Assembly: GCA_963813335.1 (NCBI GenBank)
Contig: CAWEYL010000001.1
Coordinates: forward strand, 1,056,001 to 1,120,000
Reading direction: 5' to 3'
Length of the DNA: 64,000 nt
Origin: an uncultured Chloroflexia bacterium
Lineage (GTDB): Bacteria > Chloroflexota > Limnocylindria > Limnocylindrales > CSP1-4
Below are positions 1 to 9,688 of the stretch, in pieces. The notes under the pieces are model-generated. The model had not been told where the DNA came from and did no database searches. It was given only the letters and a program-made list of their open reading frames with translations. The position numbers were made by a program, and so were the translations under genes. Within the stretch, counting starts at the first letter, position 1. Every line of letters begins with the position of its first letter.

Positions 1-1508
1 ACGGCGCCCGGCCCCGACACCTCGAGCTTGGCGAAGGACGACTCGTCGAAGAGCGCGGCCGTCCGGCGGGTCGCCAGCGCCTCGGCGCCGATCGCGGCCG
101 ACCAGTGATGGCCCGCCCAGCCGCGCGGCCGGAGCGACTCGTCCCCCGCCGGGGCGTTCGCGTCGAACCAGTTCGGACGCTCCCAGCCGGACTTCTCACC
201 GAACGACGCCCCGAGGTCCGCGAGGAGCTCGTACGTCGACGAGGTGCGCAGCGGGCGGCCTGACTGCCGCTCCTCGTTGGGGTAGTGGATGTCGTAGTAG
301 GTCGCGTAGTTCTCGATCGAGCGGGCCAGCGTATAGCCCTGCGAGCGGTAGGCCGGCCCGAACCGGCGGATGTCCATCTTCCAGAGGTCCAGCTCCGGCT
401 GGCCGTCGACGATCCAGGTCGCCATCTGGCGGCCGATGCCGCCGGCGCCCGCGATGCCGTGGGCGGAGAAGCCCGCCGCGACGAAGAACCCGCGGACCTC
501 GGACTCGCCCAGGATGAACTCGTTGTCCGGGGTGAACGCCTCGGGGCCGTTGATGACCCGGCTGACGCCCGCATCGGCCATCGCCGGGACACGGCGGATG
601 GCCCCTTCCATGATCGGCCCGAAGCGGTCCATGTCGGGCGCGAGGAGCTTGCCGTTGAAGTCGGCCGGGATGCCGTCGAGCGCCCACGGCGCCGGGTCGC
701 GCTCGTAGCCGCCCATGCACAGGCCGCCGACCTCCTCGCGAAAGTAGACGAGGTTGTCGGGGTCGCGCAGCTGCGGCAGGCCGGGGTGGACGCCCGCGAT
801 CGGCTCGGTGAACAGGTACTGGTGCGCCATCGGGATGATCGGGACGGTCACGCCGGCCATCCGGCCGATCTCGGCGGCGAACATCCCGCCCGCGTCGACG
901 ACGACGTCCGCCCGGATCTCCTCGCGCTCACCGCGGTGCTCCACGGTCACCCCGGTCACGCGGCCGCCCTCGACCCCGATCGCGCGGACGCGCGTGTGCG
1001 GCCGGATCGACGCGCCCCGCGAGCGCGCGCCGGCCGCGAGCGCCTGCGCCAGCCCCGAGGGGTCGAGCCAGCCGTCCGTCGGCAGGTAGACGGCGCCGAG
1101 GACGCCGTCGGTCGACATCAGCGGGAAGAGGTCGCGCGCCTCGGCGGTGGTGATCAGCTCGAGCGGCAGCCCGAAGGTCCGCGCCCAGCCGGCCTGGCGG
1201 CGCAGCTCCTCGAACCGCTCGGGCGTGGACGCCAGCCGGAGCGACCCGACCTCGTGCCACGACGGATCGGTGCCGGTCTCGCCGGCCAGCCCGCGGTAGA
1301 GCTCCGCGCCGTACATCATCATCCGGGTGAGCGTCACGGAGCTGCGGAGCTGCCCGACGAGGCCGGCGGAGTGGAACGTCGAGCCGGACGTGAGCTCGGC
1401 CCGGTCGACCAGCACGACGTCGGTCCAGCCCAGCTGGGTCAGGTGGTAGGCGATGGACGTGCCGCCGACGCCGCCGCCGATGACGACCGCACGGGCATGT
1501 TCGACCAT
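1..1508 (-). CDS. GcvT-family FAD-dependent oxidoreductase (dimethylglycine/sarcosine dehydrogenase-like), 3' end runs off window
   Basis: Hand translation from ATG 1508: MVEHARAVVIGGGVGGTSIAYHL...SGSTFHSAGLVGQLR, then NGPEAFTPD, GFCAHGIAGAGG, SGWERPNWF and FDESSFAKLEV of the folate-binding domain. Not in the ORF track because there is no stop in the window. Confidence 0.9.
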   Translation of the reverse strand, partial: MVEHARAVVIGGGVGGTSIAYHLTQLGWTDVVLVDRAELTSGSTFHSAGLVGQLRSSVTLTRMMMYGAELYRGLAGETGTDPSWHEVGSLRLASTPERFEELRRQAGWARTFGLPLELITTAEARDLFPLMSTDGVLGAVYLPTDGWLDPSGLAQALAAGARSRGASIRPHTRVRAIGVEGGRVTGVTVEHRGEREEIRADVVVDAGGMFAAEIGRMAGVTVPIIPMAHQYLFTEPIAGVHPGLPQLRDPDNLVYFREEVGGLCMGGYERDPAPWALDGIPADFNGKLLAPDMDRFGPIMEGAIRRVPAMADAGVSRVINGPEAFTPDNEFILGESEVRGFFVAAGFSAHGIAGAGGIGRQMATWIVDGQPELDLWKMDIRRFGPAYRSQGYTLARSIENYATYYDIHYPNEERQSGRPLRTSSTYELLADLGASFGEKSGWERPNWFDANAPAGDESLRPRGWAGHHWSAAIGAEALATRRTAALFDESSFAKLEVSGPGA

Positions 1509-1576
1509 CGCGTCGCGTCTCCTCCTCCGACCCCCGGACGACATACAGCGTACCGTCACGCTACCCTGACCGGCGC

Positions 1577-2689
1577 ATGGGTCCCGAACCGACGCCATCG
1601 GTCCAGCCACCGGTCCCGCCGACCCCCGACTCCTCGGGCGGAACGCTGCGCCAGGTCGGCAGCGGGGCCGTCATCTTCGTCGCGACACTGCTCCTGCTGC
1701 TCGGCGCGAGCACCCTCCTGACGACGGCGCCACGTGCCTCCGGTTCGGCCGCGGCCAGCCGATCGGCGGGCGCGTCGCAGCCGGCGTCCAGCGCGAGTCC
1801 GCGACCCACGCGATCGGCGACGGCGTCCGGCTCGCCCACCACGTCTGGCTCGCCCGGCTCCAGCGGCTCGCCGGTCCCGACCCCGGCGCCCAGCGGCGTC
1901 CAGGTGCTCGTCGGCGCCGGTGACATCGCCGACTGCTCGACCGAGGACGACGAGGCGACGGCGCGCCTGCTCGACCAGCTGCCCGGCACGGTCTTCACGG
2001 CCGGCGACAACGCCGCGCCGGACGGGAGCGCGGCGCAGTTCGCGGACTGCTACCAGCCCACCTGGGGTCGCCACCTCGCGCGGACCCGACCGGCGCCCGG
2101 CGAGCGCGACTGGGCCACCAGGGACCTCGCCGGCTACCTCGGCTACTTCGGCGCAGCGGCGGCGCCCGAGGGCGTCAGCTGGTACTCGTACGACCTGGGC
2201 TGGTGGCACATCGTCGTCCTCGATTCCGACTGCGCGAAGGTCGGCGGCTGCACCGCGGAGAGCGTCCAGGGGCGCTGGCTGGCGAAGGACCTGGCGGCAT
2301 CGAAGGCGACGTGCACGCTCGCCATCTGGCACCAGCCGCTGGCCAGCTCCGGGGACCTGGGCGGAGACTCCGCGGTCGCGCCGTTCTGGACGGCCCTTTA
2401 CCAGGCGCACGCCGAGGTCGTCGTCAACGCCCACGACCGCGACTACGAGCGCTTCGCGCCGCAGGATCCGGCTGGTCACGAGGACCGAGCGGGCGGGATC
2501 CGCCAGTTCGTCGTGGGGACCGGCGGAGCGCCGCTGGGCGGCTTCGGGCCAGCGGCATCGAACAGCGAGTTCCGCCTGGCCGGCGCCCACGGGGTCCTGC
2601 GCCTGGTCCTGCGCGAGAAGGACTACGCCTGGACCTTCATCCCCAGCGACGGGACGGCGACCGACGGCGGCCAGGCCGCCTGCCGCTGA
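1577..2689 (+). CDS. Exported metallophosphoesterase-fold protein with degenerate metal ligands
   Basis: N-terminal hydrophobic segment and S/P/T linker, then GAGDIADC, AGDNA, PGERDW, WHQP, NAHDRDYERF, FVVGTGG. Confidence 0.8.
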   Translation: MGPEPTPSVQPPVPPTPDSSGGTLRQVGSGAVIFVATLLLLLGASTLLTTAPRASGSAAASRSAGASQPASSASPRPTRSATASGSPTTSGSPGSSGSPVPTPAPSGVQVLVGAGDIADCSTEDDEATARLLDQLPGTVFTAGDNAAPDGSAAQFADCYQPTWGRHLARTRPAPGERDWATRDLAGYLGYFGAAAAPEGVSWYSYDLGWWHIVVLDSDCAKVGGCTAESVQGRWLAKDLAASKATCTLAIWHQPLASSGDLGGDSAVAPFWTALYQAHAEVVVNAHDRDYERFAPQDPAGHEDRAGGIRQFVVGTGGAPLGGFGPAASNSEFRLAGAHGVLRLVLREKDYAWTFIPSDGTATDGGQAACR

Positions 2690-2695
2690 GGCCGC

Positions 2696-3646
2696 TCAGG
2701 CGGCCGTCTCGCGCAGCGCGCGCTCGAATGCCGGGCTGCTGGCGTTCGCCAGCAGGCGGTCGAAATGCTCGTCGGCGTACGCGACGAAGTCGACGTCGAG
2801 GGTGCTGATCCCCTGCTGGAGCACGCCCCACATCGCCTCGCGGAAATCCGACACCACGCGCATCAGGGTCAGCCGGGCCAGGCGGGCCGGCCGGACCTCG
2901 CCGTCGTAGGCCGCCAGCAGCAGGGCGTCCTCGTCGGGCGTCAGCTCGTGGTTGATGCTGAAGTTGCCCAGGTCGAAGAACGGGTCGCCCATGCCTGCGT
3001 ACTCCCAGTCGACGATCCGGATCCGCGCCCCGTCGTCGATGAAGTTCGCGTTGAGCAGGTCGTTGTGGCACGGCCGGAGCTCGAGCGGCGCCTCGAGGCA
3101 GGCGAGGTCGATGCGCCGGCCGATGGCCGCCGCGAGGTCGTAGGCGTCCGGGATCGCGACGCCGCGAGCCAGCGCGAGCGCCCGGTACGCCTCGGCGATC
3201 CGGAGCGGGACGAAGAGGCCCGGGATCGCCGGGCCATCGTGGATGCGCCGGAGCGAATCCGCGACACGCCGGAGCGTCTCGGGTCGATGGACGGCCTCGT
3301 CGCTGACCGGCGAGCCCTCGATGAACCGGGTGACGAGGTAGCCCTCCGGCCGGATGAACGCGGTGACCTCCGGCCCGACTCCCACGCCCGCGGCCGCGAC
3401 CGTCGCGGCATGCTCCACCTCCCGGGAGATCCCCAGGAGGTGGGTGTCGTTGCCGGCAAGGCGGATGACCCAGCGCTGGGCCGTGCCGTCGCCGGTGACC
3501 AGGAAGTTGCGGTTGGTGATCCCCCCGGACAGGGGCGTCAGGTGCAGGTCGCGGCCGGACAGTTCCGGCACGCGGCCCATCGCCCGGACGAGGTCATCGC
3601 GCAGCTCGCCGCGGAGTTCCTCGTCCGGGGACGGTCCGTCGGTCAT
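2696..3646 (-). CDS. Choline/ethanolamine kinase (APH-like phosphotransferase) family protein
   Basis: LSGGITNRN, CHNDLLNAN, IVDWEYAG and DPFFDLGN motifs. Confidence 0.88.
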   Translation of the reverse strand: MTDGPSPDEELRGELRDDLVRAMGRVPELSGRDLHLTPLSGGITNRNFLVTGDGTAQRWVIRLAGNDTHLLGISREVEHAATVAAAGVGVGPEVTAFIRPEGYLVTRFIEGSPVSDEAVHRPETLRRVADSLRRIHDGPAIPGLFVPLRIAEAYRALALARGVAIPDAYDLAAAIGRRIDLACLEAPLELRPCHNDLLNANFIDDGARIRIVDWEYAGMGDPFFDLGNFSINHELTPDEDALLLAAYDGEVRPARLARLTLMRVVSDFREAMWGVLQQGISTLDVDFVAYADEHFDRLLANASSPAFERALRETAA

Positions 3647-3652
3647 GCGGCG

Positions 3653-5296
3653 CTAGCCGATGACCGCCTCGCCGGTGACCGTGTCGGCATCGACCTTCTC
3701 GGCGTTGATGCGTCCCCGCTCGGCGAGCAGGTAGTACAGGAACCCGACGATCAGCACGATGCCCATGATCAGCTCGAACACCGGGATGGGCGGCAGCGAC
3801 ACGTCGACGCCCAGCACCTTCGTCGAGGCCAGGATCGGGTTCGACAGGTCGCGCAGCCCGACGGCCGACCCGTCCGGCAGCGGATAGGACGCGGTGCCCA
3901 GCGCACCGAACGTGTCGGTCTGCCAGAGGGCGAAGTTGATGATCATCAGTCCGCCCCACACGAGCGCCAGGATGTTGAGGATCGTTCCCCAGCTGCCGAG
4001 CTTGAACCACGCTCCCTGGTGCGGCCAGCCCCGGCGGCGCGCCATGAGCACGCCGAGGTTGCACAGGAAGTAGCTGCTGTAGATCATGCCGGTCGCGGCG
4101 ATGGCCAGGACGCCGGGCGAGCTCGTCAGCAGGAATGGGATCGCCGCCAGGATGCCCACCGCGACCGCGGCATTTGCCGGGGTCTGGAAGCGATGGCTGA
4201 CGTTGCCCCACAGCCCGCCGAGCGGGAGCCGCTTGTCGCGGCCCATCGAGAACATCAGGCGCGTCGTCGCCCCCTGGATCGCGAGCGTGCAGACGTACAC
4301 GGCGGCCAGGATGACGAACAGGTAGACCTTGCCGAGGTCGCCCATGTTCGCGTTGATCGTGTCGCCGATCGGGTTGGCCCCGCCGACGCCCCAGGCGAAC
4401 TGCTGGGCGCTCAGGATCTGGGCCGGGACGTCCTTGAACGACAGGATGATCGCCAGCAGGAACAGCGCGCCGGTGGCGCCGGCGAGCCAGATCGCGGACA
4501 GGATGCCGCGCGGTGCCTGGCGACTGGCATCAAGGGTCTCCTCGCCGAACGTGCCCGCAGTATCGAACCCGTAGACGACGAAGAGGCTCATGAACATGCC
4601 GACGAGGAAGATCGACGGGAAGCCGCCGGTCGAGGTCACGTTCGGCGCCGTCTCGGTGAGGATCGAGACCGGCTGGTGGTTGAAGAACACCAGAAGGATC
4701 AGGGCGAACACGACGAGGCCCAGGATCTCGGCGCCGACGCCCAGGTTGTTGATGATCGACAGGGCGCGCACGCCGAACGCGTTGATGACGGTCGTCGTGA
4801 TCAACGTGATCAGGGCGAGGAAGACGCCCATGTTGAAGACCGAGATCGGCGAGTCGGAGGCCAGGTCGGTGCCGAAGATGCTCGACAGCACGAGCGGCAC
4901 CGTGATGGCCACGGCGGTCGTCGTCAGGACCCCGGCCCAGAAGTAGACCCACCCCGTGAACCAGCCCAGCGTCTTGTTCGACAGGCGCTTGGACCACTGG
5001 TAGATCGACCCCGCGACCGGGAAGTGGCTCGCCAACTCGGCGAAGTTGAGGGCCACGAAGGTCTGGCCGAGGATGACCAGCGGCCAGGACCAGAAGAAGG
5101 ACGGGCCGGAGACCGCCAGCCCGACGGCGATCAGGGTGAAGGTGCCGGTCGAAACGCTGATGTAGCTGAACGCTACGGCGAAGTTCGACATGAACCCGAG
5201 GCTGCGCTTGAGCTCGGGTTTGATCCCCAGCGACTGGAGATGCGCGTCGTCCTTTGCGGCGACGTCCTGGGCTGAAACGGGTCCCGCCACGAGCAA
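3653..5296 (-). CDS. APC-family amino acid/amine permease
   Basis: ELKRSLGFMSNFAVAFSYIS, AELASHFPVAGSIYQW, GFDTAGTFGEET; about 12 TM segments. Start may be GTG 5290. Confidence 0.92.
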   Translation of the reverse strand: MLVAGPVSAQDVAAKDDAHLQSLGIKPELKRSLGFMSNFAVAFSYISVSTGTFTLIAVGLAVSGPSFFWSWPLVILGQTFVALNFAELASHFPVAGSIYQWSKRLSNKTLGWFTGWVYFWAGVLTTTAVAITVPLVLSSIFGTDLASDSPISVFNMGVFLALITLITTTVINAFGVRALSIINNLGVGAEILGLVVFALILLVFFNHQPVSILTETAPNVTSTGGFPSIFLVGMFMSLFVVYGFDTAGTFGEETLDASRQAPRGILSAIWLAGATGALFLLAIILSFKDVPAQILSAQQFAWGVGGANPIGDTINANMGDLGKVYLFVILAAVYVCTLAIQGATTRLMFSMGRDKRLPLGGLWGNVSHRFQTPANAAVAVGILAAIPFLLTSSPGVLAIAATGMIYSSYFLCNLGVLMARRRGWPHQGAWFKLGSWGTILNILALVWGGLMIINFALWQTDTFGALGTASYPLPDGSAVGLRDLSNPILASTKVLGVDVSLPPIPVFELIMGIVLIVGFLYYLLAERGRINAEKVDADTVTGEAVIG

Positions 5297-5424
5297 TCCC
5301 TCCTACCGCCGCGCCGAACGGGCGCGAGACTGTCCTCTGGAGCGATATGGATGCGGAGACGCGAGACGCGCGGACTCGGTCGCGGAACGGGCGCCCTCCG
5401 CGCCCGAGTCGAAACCTGCGCGCG

Positions 5425-5452
5425 AGGATAGCACCGCCATCCGGGCCGTCAA
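5425..5452 (-). promoter_or_regulatory. Sigma70-type promoter of the permease
   Basis: TTGACG-16 nt-TATCCT with an extended -10 TG on the minus strand, about 130 nt upstream of the start. Confidence 0.55.
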
Positions 5453-5530
5453 CGACGGTTTTCGTGGGTAGGACGGGCCTGGGCGGCCGTGATTCGAACG
5501 CGAATGCGCCGGGACCCGGGCGAGCGGCCG

Positions 5531-6937
5531 TCAGCCCGCGGCGACGACCTCGCGCAGGGCGTCAGGCAGCGGCCGGTGCAGCTCGACCGGGGTCACGTAT
5601 CGGCCGACCATGTCGTGCGAGCCGTTGACCCCGAGCTCGGTGAAGAGGAAGGCGATCTTGCGCCGCTGCGAAGCGAGGATCTCGTCCTTCGTGGGGAGCT
5701 CCCAGAGCTGCCGCTTGAACGGCCCGATCGCCTTCTTGCGGGTGGTGTACACGAACTGCTGGTCGGTCTGGCCGGGCTTGCGCTCGTCGATCGCGTCCGC
5801 GTAGCACCAGGCCTCGATCTCGCGGTGGAGCGACTCGGGGAATGCCGGATGCTCATACAGCGCGTTCTGGAACCCGGTCGCCAGGTGGATCTCGGCGGTC
5901 TCCACCGCCGGGAAGTGGTGGAACAGCTCGTCGGGCAGGGTCGAGGCGCCGTGCTGGACCGCGCCGGACAACCCGTAGGAGCGGGCGACCTCGCCGAGCT
6001 CGCGCAGGACCTCGAAGTCCAGCTTGACCTCGGCCACGCCGCCGCCCGGCAGCGGCACGCCGCCGTGCGAGGTGCCGGTCTGCACGCTCACCTTGCTGAT
6101 CCCGACGACGCCGGGAGCCCGGGCGTCGAGCTCGCGCCGGTAGCCGTCCAGGTACGCGCGCAGCTCCGCGACGGTCGAGTTCTGCGTCCCGACTTCGCCG
6201 ATCTCGCCGCCGACGCTGACCGTGACCCCATCGGCCTCGAGGGTCCGGATGAGCGCAGTGAGCTCGGCCGCACGGGTGTAGTTCTCGCGCTGCTCCTCGT
6301 CCGTGTTCGGCTTGGACAGGTCGACGAGCGTCGAGGAGTCGATGTCGATGTTGCGGTATCCGGCGTCGACCGCGAGGCGGCAGGCGCGCCGGATCTCCTC
6401 GGTCATCGCCTCGGGATCGGCCGCGTACTTCTTGGCGTTGAACTGATAGTGATCGCCCTGGATGAAGACCGGACCGCGCCAGCCGGCCGCGACCGCCCCG
6501 GCGAGCACCGCGGTGGCGTAGTCGATGGGGCGCTGGAACGTGTAGGTCTGCTCGCTTCGGGCCAGCTCGAGGATCACCGCGCCGACATCCGCGGCGTCCG
6601 CCGTCTCGTAGACCGTCCGGGCCATGTCGAAGGTCTGCGCCCGGAGGTTGATGGCCGGGACGGTGAACCCCGAGACCTCGCCGCGGGCCCTCGCCTCGTA
6701 CAGGCCCTGGATGCTCGCGGAGCGGGCGCCGAGCGCCTGGCTCGCCTCCCACACGAGCCACTGGGCCGCGGCGATGGTCGCATCGTCCGTGCTGAACGCG
6801 GCGGTCCAGGCGAGGTCGCGGATCGCGCTGTCGCGGAACGCCGCCTCATCGTCGACGACCAGGCGGTCGCCATCGAGATGGGCCGTGCCGCGCAGGGTGT
6901 CGAGCAGGTCAGCTGGCGAGGTCGCGACGTGAGGCAT
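5531..6937 (-). CDS. Class II fructose-bisphosphate aldolase family (long form)
   Basis: TVPAIN, FIQGDH, IDSS, GGEIGEVG, GTSHGG, VQHGASTLP. Confidence 0.85.
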   Translation of the reverse strand: MPHVATSPADLLDTLRGTAHLDGDRLVVDDEAAFRDSAIRDLAWTAAFSTDDATIAAAQWLVWEASQALGARSASIQGLYEARARGEVSGFTVPAINLRAQTFDMARTVYETADAADVGAVILELARSEQTYTFQRPIDYATAVLAGAVAAGWRGPVFIQGDHYQFNAKKYAADPEAMTEEIRRACRLAVDAGYRNIDIDSSTLVDLSKPNTDEEQRENYTRAAELTALIRTLEADGVTVSVGGEIGEVGTQNSTVAELRAYLDGYRRELDARAPGVVGISKVSVQTGTSHGGVPLPGGGVAEVKLDFEVLRELGEVARSYGLSGAVQHGASTLPDELFHHFPAVETAEIHLATGFQNALYEHPAFPESLHREIEAWCYADAIDERKPGQTDQQFVYTTRKKAIGPFKRQLWELPTKDEILASQRRKIAFLFTELGVNGSHDMVGRYVTPVELHRPLPDALREVVAAG

Positions 6938-7002
6938 CGGAGGGGGACTCCTGGGTTCGGCGGTCAGATCCCCAATGGTACGGCGCCGGTCGCGGACATG
7001 GG

Positions 7003-7040
7003 TCGACCGCCAGGCCCGGGGGGGACGGGCCGGCGGTCGA
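7003..7040 (-). terminator. GC-rich stem-loop downstream of the small membrane gene
   Basis: TCGACCGCC(A)GGCCCG...CGGGCCGGCGGTCGA inverted repeat with a G-run loop and no U-tract. Confidence 0.5.
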
Positions 7041-7064
7041 TGGGAGCGCGTGGAGGCGCGGAGG

Positions 7065-7367
7065 TCAGTGGTTGTAGCGCAGGTTGATCATGGTCGCCGC
7101 GGAGGCTGCCTGGACGCGGCCATCGGCGATGGGCTCGAGCGCCTGGCCGAGACCCTGGAGGCCGAACCAGGCGACCACGAGGAAGGCGACGACGACGACG
7201 GCAGGGATGACCACGGATGGGGCGATGACCGCCGCGATACCGACGACCACGGCGACGATCGCGAACACGTCCACCCTCGAGAGGGTCTCGACGGCCGGAG
7301 CGACCGAGTCGGCCGTACGGGTGCCGGCGAGATGCGACGGGCTGGATAGTGGCGCGGAGGCGAACAT
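7065..7367 (-). CDS. Small hypothetical membrane protein
   Basis: 100 aa from ATG 7367 with a hydrophobic hairpin (FAIVAVVVGIAAVIAPSVVIPAVVVVAFLVVAWFG). Confidence 0.6.
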   Translation of the reverse strand: MFASAPLSSPSHLAGTRTADSVAPAVETLSRVDVFAIVAVVVGIAAVIAPSVVIPAVVVVAFLVVAWFGLQGLGQALEPIADGRVQAASAATMINLRYNH

Positions 7368-7476
7368 GGGCGTGATCCCTGGATGCGGGTCGGTTGATGC
7401 CCTCATCCTCGGCCCAGGCCCGTGCCCGGCCCACTGACCGCGGTCGCGTCTTCGACCCGGCAGATGACGATGCCCG

Positions 7477-9672
7477 CTAGGACGCCCGCCGGGTCCGGCG
7501 ACCCACGAAATCCACGAGCACGTACTCGCCGAGGTGCTCCGGCGAGGCGTAGAACGCCCGCCCCCGGTTCAGCCGCGTCATATGGGCGACGAACTCGGCG
7601 AGCGCCCGCGAGCGCTCCAGCATGAACGTGTTGATGGTGATGCCGTCCTTCGTGCAGCGCTGCACCTCGCGGAGCGTCTCGCTGATCGTCCGCCGCGTCG
7701 GCGGGTAGCTGAACTCGACCTGCCCGTTCTCGAAATGCGCGGTCGGCTCGCCGTCCGTGATCACCACGATCTCCTTGTTGGCCGCGGCCTCGCGCGCCAG
7801 GATCCGACGGGCCAGGAGCAGGCCGTGCTGGAGGTTCGTGCCGTATTCGTAGCCGTGCCAGGTCAGCTCAGTGAGGGCACCCGGGCGGATCTCGCGGGCG
7901 TAGTAGGCGAAGCCGATGACCGTCAGGTGATCGTGTGGGTACTGCGTCCGGATGAGGGTGTCGAGCGCGACCGCGACCTTCTTGGCGGCGAGGAAGCAGC
8001 CGCGCAGGAGCATGGAGCGGCTCATGTCGACCAGCAGGACCGTCGCCGTCCGGGTCAGCTCCTCCGTGCGGTACACCTCGAAGTCGGGCGGGCGGAGCCG
8101 GACGGCCCGCGCCGCTGCCCCCTCCAGCCCGCGGCGGGTCGCGGGCGCGTTCTCCTCGCGGGCCAGCGCGTTGCTCAGGGTCGAGCGCAGGTCGAGGTGG
8201 AACGGGTCGCCGAACTCGTAGGGCTTGGTGGTCTCCTCGCGTTCGCCGCCGCGCCCGGAGCGGTCGGCCCGATGGCCGCCGAACGCGTCGCGTCGGAGCC
8301 GCGCGAAGAGGTCGTCGAGGACCTTCTGGCCGATCCGCCGGCTGCCGCGCGGCGTGAGCTCGAGCCGCTCCCCGTCGCGGGTCAGGTAGCCGGCCGCCTC
8401 GAGCCGGCGGGCGAGCGCATCGAGGGCGTCGAGATCGCGGACGGCGTCGTCGCCGAGCAGGTCGCGGACCTCGTCGCGGTCGAGCCGGCCCAGGTCGTCG
8501 GGGCCCTCGACGTCCGAGAGCGCGTCGCCGAGGCGGTCCATCGCGGCCAGCTGGTCGATCCGCGCGAGCGCCCCCGCGAGCCCGAGCGGCTCGTCGCCGC
8601 TGAACGGCAGCCGCTCCCCCAGTCCGCCCGGGAGGAGGAGGTCGAGGTTCGACGCCAGCTCGGCGAGGTCGACCAGCAGGCGGTCGTCCTGGAGCAGCGC
8701 CTCCATCATCGACTGGAGCTCGGCCCGCTGCTCGGGGCTCATCGAGCGCAGCAGCGACTGCATGGCGGCCATCCGCGCCGCCAGCTGCTCGATGATGTCG
8801 TCGAAGGTCCGGGCGCCCGGGAAGAACGCGCCGTGCTTCGCGAGGAATGCCGAGACGTCCGGGTCGGCGCCGCCGATGCGCTGGCGGATGAGGTCGTTGA
8901 GATCGCGGACCATCTCGCGGTTCGCCGCGAGGTCCTCGGGGCGCATCGAGCGGATCGCGTCCGACATCCCGCTCACGTACTGGTCGAGCATCTGCTGGCC
9001 GAGGCGCGCCACGAGGTCGTCGAAGCGCTGGCGCGCCTCCGGCTCGAGGAAGTCGTACTCGCGCAGGCCGCCGATCCGCTCGCCGATGTCCGCCGGGAGG
9101 GCGTCGAGCTGGTCGAGCCGCTTCGCGGCGACGTCGCGGAGCATCCGGCGCAGGGCGGGATCGGCCGTCGCCTGGTCGGCCGTCGCGTCGCTCCCCGGAT
9201 CGGACGAGCGGTCGCCATCTCCGGGCGGACCGTCCTCGGCGGCATCGAGCCGCCGCTCCACGCCCGCCCGCTCCTGCGCGACGATCTCGTCGAGCTCGCG
9301 GCGGATGTCGCCCAGGACGTCGCCGAGCCCATAGCGCTCGAGCATCGCCTCGCGCCGGCGCTCGAGACGGTCCATCAGGTCGCGCAACCCCGCGAGGTCG
9401 CCGCGCGTCGGGTCGCCGGTCCGCCAGCCGCGGTCCATCAGGCGGCGCAGCGCTTCGGCGAGGTCGCCCTCGGCCATGACGTCGTCGGCCAGCGCGTCGA
9501 GGATCTCGTCGGCGTCGAGGTCGGCGACCTGCTGGCTCCCGTCCCAGCGCGAGAACCGCGCCTGGCGGGCCAGCGCGATGTCGGCGGCGCGGCGGGCGGA
9601 CGCAGCCGACGGCGGCGTCCCCGGCTGTGCGCCCGGGCCGAGGTCGGCGGGGTCCGGCGAGAAGGCGGTCAT
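7477..9672 (-). CDS. VWA domain-containing protein (helical N-terminus, C-terminal VWA)
   Basis: MIDAS motif LLVDMSRSM, GTNLQHGL, VITDGEPTAH; FSRWDGSQ at the N-terminus. Confidence 0.88.
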   Translation of the reverse strand: MTAFSPDPADLGPGAQPGTPPSAASARRAADIALARQARFSRWDGSQQVADLDADEILDALADDVMAEGDLAEALRRLMDRGWRTGDPTRGDLAGLRDLMDRLERRREAMLERYGLGDVLGDIRRELDEIVAQERAGVERRLDAAEDGPPGDGDRSSDPGSDATADQATADPALRRMLRDVAAKRLDQLDALPADIGERIGGLREYDFLEPEARQRFDDLVARLGQQMLDQYVSGMSDAIRSMRPEDLAANREMVRDLNDLIRQRIGGADPDVSAFLAKHGAFFPGARTFDDIIEQLAARMAAMQSLLRSMSPEQRAELQSMMEALLQDDRLLVDLAELASNLDLLLPGGLGERLPFSGDEPLGLAGALARIDQLAAMDRLGDALSDVEGPDDLGRLDRDEVRDLLGDDAVRDLDALDALARRLEAAGYLTRDGERLELTPRGSRRIGQKVLDDLFARLRRDAFGGHRADRSGRGGEREETTKPYEFGDPFHLDLRSTLSNALAREENAPATRRGLEGAAARAVRLRPPDFEVYRTEELTRTATVLLVDMSRSMLLRGCFLAAKKVAVALDTLIRTQYPHDHLTVIGFAYYAREIRPGALTELTWHGYEYGTNLQHGLLLARRILAREAAANKEIVVITDGEPTAHFENGQVEFSYPPTRRTISETLREVQRCTKDGITINTFMLERSRALAEFVAHMTRLNRGRAFYASPEHLGEYVLVDFVGRRTRRAS

Positions 9673-9688
9673 CGGCCAGCGGCCCGGG

